Positions 1-10,400 of a stretch of 64,000 nucleotides of DNA are shown piece by piece. The notes beneath the pieces are model-generated. The model worked only from the letters and a program-made list of their open reading frames with translations, made no database searches and was not told the origin of the DNA. The number at the start of each line of letters is the position of its first letter. The stretch's first letter is position 1. A program made the translations under genes and the position numbers. Origin of the DNA: a virus; IMG/VR virus record IMGVR_UViG_3300027973_000054, positions 3,189-67,188 of that record. The stretch is one strand, 5' to 3'.

Positions 1-7
1 AATTGAT

Positions 8-1264
8 TTGTCAGAAATTGCTCCAACAATGATCAATTACAATTACGATGGACAACAACCAATTAATAATGGTATTTTTAGAGTTTATAATGATTACAAT
101 GTATTTAATATTGTAGATAATCCATATGGAACAATAAAATGGCAAAATAATTTCTATTATCCATTTCCAATTTTTGCTGAAGGATTTGAATATTCTTCTG
201 CAGGAACATTACCAACTCCAAAAATTTCAATATCTAATCTTTCTCCAGATAATTCTTCTAATTCCTTTTATAGATATATTAGAATGCAAATGCAAAGTTT
301 AGGAGACATCGTTGGTGCAAAATTTACTAGAATCAAAACATTCTTAAAATATCTAGATGGCGCAAATTTTTCTGGTAGATATAATCCATATAATCCAAAT
401 ACTGGTTTATATGAAGTAGAATTACCAAGAGATATTTATTATATAGATAGAAAAACCCTAGAAAGTAACAATGTAATTGAGTATCAATTAAATACAATTC
501 TTGATATAGAAAATTTAACTCTTCCAGCTAGAACAATTTATGCCAAAAAATGTCCATTTCAATATAGAGGAGAAGGATGTATTTATGAATACGATAGTAG
601 ATTAACTTATTTGCATAGTGGAATTTACGCTAATACAGTTAATTCTCCTATTAGTGTTCAAGGTCTTTTGAGAGCTCCTCCTGTAGCTACAGATAATGAT
701 CAATTATTTGTTGGAGGAGTTTTTGCTACTGGAATAGCTGGAACATCTACAAATACTGCTATATTTAGATTAACTGGTACTCTTGGCAATTCTGGAGTAT
801 GGTTAGAAAGTGCAAATTATGTTTCTGGTGATTTTGTTTATCTTCAAAATAGAGGGTTAAAATTTTATTATGTTTGTATAAATAATAATACTGCAGATCA
901 ATTTAATGCTCCTCCTAATACAACTTATTGGGCATCAGATTCTTGCTCTAAAAGTTTAAATGCATGTAGATTAAGATGGTTGAAAAATCCAGCTTTTAGA
1001 CCTGTCATTTGGCCAACTAACAGAGGTGGAGAAACTTTTGATGAAACTAGAAGAAGAATAGAAGGCATAGTTGCTAGCGGAGCAAGATCTCTTTGGGTAA
1101 CAGGAATTAATGGTTCTCCAGTTTATTTTCCAAGAAGACCTGGATGCGAAGATCCTTCTTCACCACGAGCCCATGGAATTCCAAAAGACAAAGATGGAAA
1201 TTATCTAAACGGTTTTCTTCCGTTTGGTGGTTTTCCAGGCACAAATAAACCCCAACAAAATTAA
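8..1264 (+). CDS. Minor tail protein L (lambda gpL-like); 5' end may lie outside the window
   Basis: PFPIxAEGFEY...PTPKISISN, CPFQYRGEGC, DSCSKSLNAC and C-terminal LPFGGFPG motifs typical of gpL; followed by K/I/J-like genes. Confidence 0.85.
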   Translation: MSEIAPTMINYNYDGQQPINNGIFRVYNDYNVFNIVDNPYGTIKWQNNFYYPFPIFAEGFEYSSAGTLPTPKISISNLSPDNSSNSFYRYIRMQMQSLGDIVGAKFTRIKTFLKYLDGANFSGRYNPYNPNTGLYEVELPRDIYYIDRKTLESNNVIEYQLNTILDIENLTLPARTIYAKKCPFQYRGEGCIYEYDSRLTYLHSGIYANTVNSPISVQGLLRAPPVATDNDQLFVGGVFATGIAGTSTNTAIFRLTGTLGNSGVWLESANYVSGDFVYLQNRGLKFYYVCINNNTADQFNAPPNTTYWASDSCSKSLNACRLRWLKNPAFRPVIWPTNRGGETFDETRRRIEGIVASGARSLWVTGINGSPVYFPRRPGCEDPSSPRAHGIPKDKDGNYLNGFLPFGGFPGTNKPQQN

Positions 1265-1265
1265 A

Positions 1266-1988
1266 ATGATTGATAAAAAATTAAAAAACTTTATCCGCAA
1301 TCAATCTTTAAAAGATTATCCAAATGAAGCTTGTGGATTTATAGTAGAAAATAATAAGAATTTTGAATGTATTCCATGCGAAAATATTTCAGATAATCCT
1401 AAAGAGCATTTTAAAATTTCTTCTAAAAGATTTTTAGAAATTAAAAAAAATTATAATATATTTTATATTTATCATAGTCATACGAACGATAATGAAAATT
1501 TTAGTGAAACAGATACAAATTGCTCTGATAATCTCAACTTACCAATTATATTATATAGTATAAAAAATGATATTATTAAAGTATATGAACCAGTTAATAC
1601 TAAAAAAGAATATATCGGAAGATTTTATGAACATGGAAAGTATGACTGTTTTAAATTGATAGAAGAATTTTATAAAAAAGAAAAATCTATAGAACTTAAA
1701 TATAATCAAGAATTTTATTCAAAATCATTGCAACAAATGGATATTAAAAGTGAAGTTTATAAATTATATACAAATAATAATTTTGAACTTATAGATCATA
1801 AAAACCCTTTGGAATTGCATGATATACTACTAATCGATGCTTTTGGAGAAAATAAACCAAAACATTTCGCCCTTTATCTTGGAAATGACAAGATATTACA
1901 TCAACCGATGTTTGGTTTCTCAAAAATTGAAAATTATTGTAATTTTTATAAAAGGCATACAGATTCAATATTTAGGTTTAAAAAATGA
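1266..1988 (+). CDS. Tail assembly protein K-like (JAB/MPN + NlpC/P60)
   Basis: YPNEACG...YHSH...FSETD (JAB) and YDCF...HFALYLGNDKILH (NlpC/P60); ATG 1266 preferred to TTG 1224. Confidence 0.85.
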   Translation: MIDKKLKNFIRNQSLKDYPNEACGFIVENNKNFECIPCENISDNPKEHFKISSKRFLEIKKNYNIFYIYHSHTNDNENFSETDTNCSDNLNLPIILYSIKNDIIKVYEPVNTKKEYIGRFYEHGKYDCFKLIEEFYKKEKSIELKYNQEFYSKSLQQMDIKSEVYKLYTNNNFELIDHKNPLELHDILLIDAFGENKPKHFALYLGNDKILHQPMFGFSKIENYCNFYKRHTDSIFRFKK

Positions 1989-2749
1989 TAACAGTAAACT
2001 TACATGGTAAATTAGGTCAAGATTTAGGTGAAACATGGGAATTAGATGTTTCATCAGTTTCAGAAGCTTTACACGCTATAGATATAAATACTAAAAAATT
2101 AAGACAATGGCTTATAACTTATAAGGACGAATATGAATATGAAATTTTAGTTGATCAAAATAATCTTTTCAATGAAACTCCAGATTATAAAAATATAGAT
2201 GAATTAAAAAACTCTGAATTTTGCTTAAATATTAAAGATAAAATAAAAACAATAGATATTGTTCCATCTATTATAGGCTCTGGTGGATTTGGTAAAATTG
2301 CTCTAGGAGCAGGTGCTATAATTGGAGCTGTAGCATTAGGAGTATTTACTCCATTTCTTTTACCAGCAGTATCTTTAGGTTTTGCTGGATTAGGTTTAAT
2401 TGCAGCTGGAACAAGCGAACTACTTTCTAAACCACCGCCAAGTGTTCCATTTACCGCTCAACAAACTAATCCAATAGATGGTCAAGGGCAAGCTGGTGGA
2501 GCTGTATCTTATCTTTTTAATGGTCCAGTTAATACAGTAGGAGAAGGTGGGCCAGTTCCAGTGGGCTATGGACAACTTCTAGTTGGTGGGAATAATGTAT
2601 TCAGCAATTATGATATTATATATAGAGCTTATACTTCTGATTTTTCAGATGCTACCCTACAAGTAGAGAATCAAGGAGATAGTCAATATTTATTTAACAG
2701 TAAATGTCAATTTCAAGAACAAACTCCATTGAGTTCATTACCATTTTAA
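1985..2749 (+). CDS. Tail assembly protein I-like (N-terminal ubiquitin-like domain)
   Basis: V.LHGKLG...LDVSSVSEAL...IDIVP.I.GSGG, hydrophobic middle, SYLFNGPVNT..EGGPVPVGYG. Confidence 0.85.
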   Translation: MITVNLHGKLGQDLGETWELDVSSVSEALHAIDINTKKLRQWLITYKDEYEYEILVDQNNLFNETPDYKNIDELKNSEFCLNIKDKIKTIDIVPSIIGSGGFGKIALGAGAIIGAVALGVFTPFLLPAVSLGFAGLGLIAAGTSELLSKPPPSVPFTAQQTNPIDGQGQAGGAVSYLFNGPVNTVGEGGPVPVGYGQLLVGGNNVFSNYDIIYRAYTSDFSDATLQVENQGDSQYLFNSKCQFQEQTPLSSLPF

Positions 2750-2752
2750 TTT

Positions 2753-5700
2753 ATGGCAAATGCAAATAAATATGCAGACGGTTTGAGTTATCTTTTATTT
2801 CCTGGAAATCATGGTCTTGGTACATGCGGATATAATTTTCCAGAAAGCACAGCTCAAGATGATGGTGGTGGGGCTGGAGGAAATTTATCTTTAAGTTTTA
2901 GTGGCTCTAGAATACCTTTTAATACTGACCCTCTTGCTCCTCAACAAGCATTAAGAGGTCCAAGTGGTTATTTTGGTAGGTATACAGTTATGGCAACAAT
3001 AACTGGTGGACCAATTCAAGATTGGCTAGGTGGTCCAGTTTTTCGGCCTATTTATTATAATGCTCCAAATTTAAGAACTATTTATGGAGTTCATACGAAT
3101 ATTAATGTAGAAGACGGAACTCAACGACAAGATAATGGAACATTTATAACTGAAAGATTTAAAAATGGCAGAGCTTTCAACTCTATTTCTCAAGTAAATA
3201 TATTAGATCTAATTTCTGAAGGACCAATAGAAGGATTTATTTCTGGTATTTATGTTTACAATGCAAGCGGTAAAACTACTGGAGATATAGGTTATAATAG
3301 TGCAATTTTTCAACCATTTGAACAAACTTATAGTAATCCAGAAACAAGATCTATCTTTTGGGATGATGTACCAGTAACAGATTTAGCAGGATTTTATAAT
3401 TTCCAATACGCAAATTATAGATTTACTTATGGAGAAAAAACTAACGATCATACTATATACAATCCATATATCAATCTATATGAAGAAAGAAGAGATTATG
3501 GGGCACGAAAAGTAGATATAAATAAATATCCAATTCAAACATCTGTTACAAAAAGTTATGGTGATACTTTATATGGTTTTTACTTGATAAGTGGAAACAA
3601 TCAAGTACTAACTCCTAAAACGTATTATATATATAATACAGATATTTCAGCTTTAAAAATAAATGTAAAAATTAATAGTTTATATGAACAAATATTAACT
3701 GGGTCAAACGCAGGAGATGTAGAAAAACAAAATTTAACATTAAGATTTATAATTTATAGAATTTTATCAAATGGAGAATTAGTGCTTTTAGATACATCTA
3801 AATATTTTCCATTTATTAGTGATTATTATTCTAGAGATGATATTGGAATTCAAGGTAAAGTAGCTAATAGCCCAACAATGATAACTTATGAATTTACTTT
3901 AAAACCTTATTCTGAAAATTCTCCTTGGTATGATCTTTTTCCTAATCAAATTGGATGGGCAATGGACATAGTTAAAATGACAAGAGAAGGCGCTGGCGGA
4001 GGTTTATCAAATTCAACATCTATAGATAGCATAACAGAAGTTTATAGCGATAGATTTGTTTACCCAGACACAGCTATGGTTTTATCAAAATTTGATGCAA
4101 GATACTTTAATAATATTCCCACTAGAACATATGAAGTTAGATTATTAAAAGTTAAAATTCCAGTAAATTATGATCCAATATTGAGAACATATACTGGCTC
4201 TTGGAATGGAAAATTTAAAGTAGCATGGACAGATAATCCAGCTTGGTGTTTTTATGATTTAATAACTAACAATAGATTTGGATTAGGAAAATTCATTGAT
4301 GCAGGTTTAACAGATAAATGGACTTTATATGAAATCGCTCAATATTGCGATCAATTTGTATCGGATGGAGTTGGAGGATTAGAACCAAGATTTAGATGCA
4401 ATCTTTACATGGCAAATAAAGAAGAAGCCTATAAAGTTTTAAATGATATGGCTAGTGTATTTAGAGCTATAGTTTATTATTCCGCTGGACAAATTACATT
4501 ATCTCAAGACTCTTTAAAGGAACCAATTTATTTATTTAACAATAGTAATGTTATTGAGGGTTCATTTAATTATTCTGATGCTTCTAAAAAATCAAGAAAA
4601 ACAGTTGCTTCTGTAAGATATAATGATCAAAATGATAACTACAAGCCAGCCATAGAATATATCGAAGATAAAACTTCTATATTAAAATATGGAATACGAG
4701 AAACAGAAATTGTCGCCTTCGGGTGCACAAGTCAAAATCAAGCCAGAAGAGTAGGAAAATGGCTTTTAACAACTCAAAATACTGAAACCGAATTAGTTGA
4801 CTTTCAAGTTGGTTTAGAAGGTAATTATATAAAACCTGGAGATGTTATACTTATATATGATCAATATAGAAAGAATCAATCCTACGCTGGAAGAACGATG
4901 GAATTAACTACTGGATACGCTATATTAGATACTCCTTATAATTTTACTAATACATATGCAATCACTGGTGCTAACGCAAATAATTCATTTATATTTAATG
5001 TATTAACTCCAACTTACAATTTAAATTTTGGAACACAACTCGGTGATCTTTATGCTACTGGTTTTTCTGATATTACATCTTCTGGAGTTACAGGATTAAA
5101 TAGTTCGTTCTTAAGAAGAAGCCAATTACAATCAATTACAATAAACAATCCACAAAACTATTTAACAAGTGGCTCTGGAATATACTCTAATAATATAAGA
5201 ATTAATTTTCCAAATCGCTTGACAGTTAGTGGTTACAGTTTTCCACAAAATACAGTATGGAGTATAGATATAAATACCTCTGGATACGCAACTCAAGGAA
5301 TTAATACTAGGTCTCAAATAAATAATCCAACTAACACTTTATATCCAGGATACTATTTAGAATCATATCTGAATAAGCCTAAAAAATATAGAATTCTAAA
5401 TATATCAGAAAAAGAACCATCACTATTTAATATTAATGCTCTTGAGTATAATGATCAAAAATATGCAAATATAGATAATGTAGCAACACTTGTTAATGTG
5501 CCTGTTCGACCAGCTTTACCAGTTGCTCCTACTTTATTCTTGAGCGGTATATTTAGAAATTCTTCTGATTCTTATTGTGCAACTAGTCCTTGTAATGGAA
5601 CAATTTATACAACTAATCAAGGTGGAATTAATAGCATCATGTATAATATACAACCTCCAGCAGATAATTCTGCAAATAGTCTATATTATGTTTACGTTAA

Positions 5701-5977
5701 ACCATTTAGTAATTTTACTAGCACCACTCAAACTCCAGAAGTATATTTGAACGATGTAATATCTCCAAACAATTTAAAAACAGGAATGAGTCCAACAAAT
5801 TGGTTATTGGGCACAATACCTCCATTCTTAACGCCAACTGGTGCAGGTAATTATTTTTTCAGAATATTCGCTGAAAATTCTTTTGGAGAAAGAAGTACGC
5901 CCGCTACTGGAGCATACAACTTAACTGCTCAAGCTTCTGTGTTTAGCGTAATAGCAAGTGGACGCAATATATATTAA
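2753..5977 (+). CDS. Central tail fibre / tip attachment protein J-like
   Basis: DLISEGPIEG, WTDNPAWCFYDLITNNRFGLG, EPRFRCN, FGCTSQNQARRVGKW, PGDVI motifs. Confidence 0.9.
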   Translation: MANANKYADGLSYLLFPGNHGLGTCGYNFPESTAQDDGGGAGGNLSLSFSGSRIPFNTDPLAPQQALRGPSGYFGRYTVMATITGGPIQDWLGGPVFRPIYYNAPNLRTIYGVHTNINVEDGTQRQDNGTFITERFKNGRAFNSISQVNILDLISEGPIEGFISGIYVYNASGKTTGDIGYNSAIFQPFEQTYSNPETRSIFWDDVPVTDLAGFYNFQYANYRFTYGEKTNDHTIYNPYINLYEERRDYGARKVDINKYPIQTSVTKSYGDTLYGFYLISGNNQVLTPKTYYIYNTDISALKINVKINSLYEQILTGSNAGDVEKQNLTLRFIIYRILSNGELVLLDTSKYFPFISDYYSRDDIGIQGKVANSPTMITYEFTLKPYSENSPWYDLFPNQIGWAMDIVKMTREGAGGGLSNSTSIDSITEVYSDRFVYPDTAMVLSKFDARYFNNIPTRTYEVRLLKVKIPVNYDPILRTYTGSWNGKFKVAWTDNPAWCFYDLITNNRFGLGKFIDAGLTDKWTLYEIAQYCDQFVSDGVGGLEPRFRCNLYMANKEEAYKVLNDMASVFRAIVYYSAGQITLSQDSLKEPIYLFNNSNVIEGSFNYSDASKKSRKTVASVRYNDQNDNYKPAIEYIEDKTSILKYGIRETEIVAFGCTSQNQARRVGKWLLTTQNTETELVDFQVGLEGNYIKPGDVILIYDQYRKNQSYAGRTMELTTGYAILDTPYNFTNTYAITGANANNSFIFNVLTPTYNLNFGTQLGDLYATGFSDITSSGVTGLNSSFLRRSQLQSITINNPQNYLTSGSGIYSNNIRINFPNRLTVSGYSFPQNTVWSIDINTSGYATQGINTRSQINNPTNTLYPGYYLESYLNKPKKYRILNISEKEPSLFNINALEYNDQKYANIDNVATLVNVPVRPALPVAPTLFLSGIFRNSSDSYCATSPCNGTIYTTNQGGINSIMYNIQPPADNSANSLYYVYVKPFSNFTSTTQTPEVYLNDVISPNNLKTGMSPTNWLLGTIPPFLTPTGAGNYFFRIFAENSFGERSTPATGAYNLTAQASVFSVIASGRNIY

Positions 5978-5979
5978 TT

Positions 5980-7404
5980 ATGAAAGTTAAAAATTTAAAT
6001 TTAACACTAGAATGGTTAACATTAAGAAATATACCTGATTTTCTAGAAGTAGATCAAGAATTTCCATCCTATAATATTAAAGTAAAGAACGAAAATGATT
6101 ATCTAATAGATCAATATTTAAATTTAAAAGATTACGAAATAATTGTTAATTATGGTTGGGATAATTCGGTAGATCAAAGATGGACAATGAAAACTAAATT
6201 TAAAGTCGATCTTTTAAAAAATCAAGCAAAAAATATATTTAAATATAATTTTGAAAACAATTATTCTAAATACAAAAAATTGAATAACAAATTAGGTTAT
6301 TTTAAAAAAATAAAATTTGAAGTAGATTACAATAACGATGGCAAAGGCGATTTTGAACAAGAAGCGGAATATGCTGAAATTGAAAATTTAGACAAAAATG
6401 TTTTATTTAATAAAATTTACCGCAGTAGTGATTATCTTACTGTGAAATTACTTATAAATAAAGAATACTTTAAACAGCAAGAAGTCTATTCATTGCTTGT
6501 ATTGAGTGAAGTTTCTAATAAATTAGTTAAAAACAAAAAGTTAACAAATCTATTTACTGAAAAAGTTGAAGAAAAATGGCTTGACGTAAATGATTCAACA
6601 GCACTACTAACAATACCTTTTATTGAAAGTGACATTGTTGAGATATCTGAAAATTTAAACATTAAAGTTATTCCTCTTAATTATCTTCAATCCGAATTGT
6701 ATAACTTTTTAAAATCAAGAGAATCTCAAGAAGATATTAATAATCTATATGAGGAATACTTCCCTAATCAAACGTTTAATATTGGCAAAATATACAAGCA
6801 ATCTGTAAATAATGAAACCGTAGTCTTTTATCAAAACTATTTATATCTATTCAATAATCAAAGTTTAACTTCAAATAGTTTAACCTCAGATTTATCAATT
6901 AATGATATGGTATTTAATAGTTATTTTCCGCTTTTAAATAAAAATCAAGATAACAAAACTATATGCTTATCTAATGATTTAAATACAGATGATGTGCTTG
7001 ATAATACTTATAACCTACAAAAAGGATATTTAGGTTTTTATGGTAAAGACTTAGCTTCTTATGAAGATGTGGCTATTGATCTAGATTACCTTCAAAACCA
7101 AGGGGTACTTCAAGCCAAAATCATTGAAATCGAAGAAAATGGCGATACTTGTAATATTTATATTGAATATATAACCACTTTTTATAACAATGAGAAGTTC
7201 TATATAGAAACTAGTAATAATCTGAAATATAGTGAAAAATATAAGACAAATATTGATAACAAGGATTATATCACATTATTATTCAAATATTCATATGACT
7301 TACAAAATTTAAATGAATTCTTAAATGAAAATTCTTCTGTTAATAAATCACAAATTATATCAGATAAAGACTTAATTAATTTCTCTGCAAAATTAATACT
7401 ATAA
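5980..7404 (+). CDS. Hypothetical protein, last gene of tail-tip operon
   Basis: 474-aa ORF starting 2 nt after J; no recognised motif. Confidence 0.6.
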   Translation: MKVKNLNLTLEWLTLRNIPDFLEVDQEFPSYNIKVKNENDYLIDQYLNLKDYEIIVNYGWDNSVDQRWTMKTKFKVDLLKNQAKNIFKYNFENNYSKYKKLNNKLGYFKKIKFEVDYNNDGKGDFEQEAEYAEIENLDKNVLFNKIYRSSDYLTVKLLINKEYFKQQEVYSLLVLSEVSNKLVKNKKLTNLFTEKVEEKWLDVNDSTALLTIPFIESDIVEISENLNIKVIPLNYLQSELYNFLKSRESQEDINNLYEEYFPNQTFNIGKIYKQSVNNETVVFYQNYLYLFNNQSLTSNSLTSDLSINDMVFNSYFPLLNKNQDNKTICLSNDLNTDDVLDNTYNLQKGYLGFYGKDLASYEDVAIDLDYLQNQGVLQAKIIEIEENGDTCNIYIEYITTFYNNEKFYIETSNNLKYSEKYKTNIDNKDYITLLFKYSYDLQNLNEFLNENSSVNKSQIISDKDLINFSAKLIL

Positions 7405-7405
7405 A

Positions 7406-10400
7406 TTAGTTTTGTTTTTTGTAAACTGCTGAACTTAGTAGGCCGCCAGGTCTTTGCTGTTCGGTAATTACTCTGATTACTTGAGCTTTTACTCTTTCTG
7501 CCAAATCTTTCGTTCTTTGAGCTTCTGCTCTTTTTTCATCATTAACATTACTTACATTTTCATTTGTATTTTGATTTGGAGCAGCTTCTTGATTTAAGTT
7601 AACAACAACGCTGACATTGTTTGTTGGAGAATAGCTGCTAGAACCTGCTCCATCAATACTACCAACTTGTCCACCGTCTGCAAATTTTTTAGCTCTTCCA
7701 GAATTAAGATCATCAAAGAATTTTTTGCCATACATATTAACTGCTTCTTTTCTCATTACAAATTCTCCACCCATCAAAAGAGCTGGAATATCATCTTTGC
7801 CACTTGAGCCACCATTTGCAAAACCTTGAATATATCCCCCGCTAGCTTTACCTAATTTTAATCTTCCTCCAGAGTATGGAGTAGGTTGAGTAGGCGTGTA
7901 AGCGCTACTACCATAAGCAGATCTTAAATTTACATCATTTACAGCGGTAGCTCTTCTTACCTCTTGAGAGCCCAAGGGAGATCCAGCGCCAAATATACTT
8001 TTAAATCCTCCCATTGAAGAGAATTGACTTGCTGCTGCTCCTGCAACACCAAGACCAAAACTCATATATGCCCCTCTACTTCTTGCTCTTTTTTGTTGAT
8101 TATATTCATCTTGAATTTTTTTGTTTAAAGCTATATTTTCTTGTAATGCTCTTTCGTTTTCTAATCTAACTCCTTCAACATAATTTAAATAATCATAAAG
8201 GCTCTGCTCTCTTTCTTGTCTAATTTTATTTTGAGGATTATTTGGATCAATAATAGCTTGTAAACTTAGCCTTGGGTCAATAACATTTTCACCAGCGGTT
8301 GGGTAAAGAGGATCATTGTATCTATAACTATTTGCTCCTAAAAATTGAGCTTCTCCACCACTAGCAAATCTTTGAACTCCTCCACCATATTTAAAATAAT
8401 CACTTTCTCTGTTGTACATACTTCTGCTCATGGCCGCTGGAGAAGCGCTAGCAGAGGTATTTGTATTAGAGGTATTCATTGATTTCTTTTGATTTAAAGC
8501 CTCAACAGCATACGGCATAACCATTTTCATGGCTTTAGGTACAGCTACTGAGTTAAAGAAAGTCTGAAGTTTACCACCATCAAAAAATTTTTGAACTCTT
8601 CCACCGTATTTAAAATAATTATCTCTTCTGTCCCCCTGTCTTGTGCTCATGCCTACGCTAGAAGTTGGAGAAGTGTTGGTAGAAACATTTTTATTACTTC
8701 TTTTGCTGTTGCCTAGATTTACACCAAATACTGGAGCTATATTTTGAAACATAGAAGGATTGCTTTGAGCAAGTCCTGCCATAGCTAAACCCATCGCTCC
8801 TCCCAAAAAGCGTTTTTCAACTTTTCCTTCATTTAACATTTGCAAATATTCTGAGCCATATTTATTAACAGCGCTCTTTCTTATAACATATTCTCCACCG
8901 CTCAACATAGCTGGAACATCATCCTTATTTCCTGATCCACCAACTACATTTCCACCAGTAGAATATCCCTTTATCATGCCACCTTTTGATTTTAATAATG
9001 AACCAAAGAAATCTGCAATTCCTCCACCTCCACTATTACCACCAACTATATTACTAGTCGTACCAAAGAGAGCTCCAAAAATTTGATTAGTACTAAATTC
9101 AAGAGCTAATTGTTGTATTTTATCACTAACATTAAGGGCCATTTTTGTAAATGCATCACTAGCAGTAGCTGTTCCATTAGCAAAAGATAAGAAGGCATTA
9201 TTAAATTCACTTTTGATTGTATTTGCGGTATCTTTAGCGCCCAGTTGAGCTTGGCGATAAGAATCAGCAGCGCTATTATCAAATTCATCAAAAAATGCGC
9301 CAGCAAAATCTTCTAGTTTTGGGCCTTCTTTACTTAATAATCTTGATTCTCTAGCAGTTTGTCTTCCGCCTCTAAAATCTTCTGCAAATAATTTATTATC
9401 GCGTCTTTGCTGTAATATTATTTTATCTTTTAAACCTTCAAGAGCTTTAGCATAATCATCCTCTGTTATTTGTCTTTTTGCTAATTTTTGTCTTAGTTTG
9501 TCTTCTTCTATTGTTAATTCTTTCATTACTTTATTTCTACTATCTTCATTTAATATAGTAGTTGCAACAGACATATTAAGATCATTTTGAGATTTTCCTA
9601 ACATTTTTAATGGATCATTTTGTAATGCAAACGTATTTTTATAAAATTCTTGAGCATCTTTTGCATTTAATGTTCCATTTTTAAAAGCAAGAATATACTG
9701 ATCAACAGTCGAAATTCCACTTTTTAATAAAGCTGCAACTTTTTCTTGCGTATCACGAATATTGTCTAAGTATTGTTTTGTATCTTTGATTACTTTATCT
9801 GCGGCTTCTTCGCTTAAAGTAACGCTTTGAGCTATTTTACTTAATCTTTCAAATTCTGCTCTTGTTTCGTCTGTAGCTTGATATAAAGGTTCTACGCTAT
9901 CTAAAATATTTTGTAAATTTGTTTTTAACAAAACTGAATTTTGCGCAATTTCTTCTCTTATTTTTTTAGATTGTTGTGATTCAAGGCCTGAATCTCCACC
10001 AAAAAGAGTTCCAACGCCATCAGCAAGATCATTAAGTAAACTTTGTTGTTTAGCTTGTTTCTCTTTTAAAGTTCCTCTTAATGTATATAAACCACCTAAT
10101 TGTTCAGATACTGCTGAGATTTTTTCCTTACCGCCTGGTTGAGTTGCTAATTCTTGTATTATATTTTTTCCTGATGGAGTTTGTAGTCCAGTTAAAGCTT
10201 TTGAAATACCTCCCGCGGCATTTTTATCTTCTATTGTTTTATTTTTTATACTTTCAAATACAGCTTGTGAAGCTAAATTTGATAATTGAGCAGATTTTTG
10301 AGTTAATGCTTTATTTATAATAAACCCAACTTCATCATAATTTTGATTTTTTATAGCATTAATTATTGCATCTCTAAAATCTGGACCAATTTTGCCTAAG

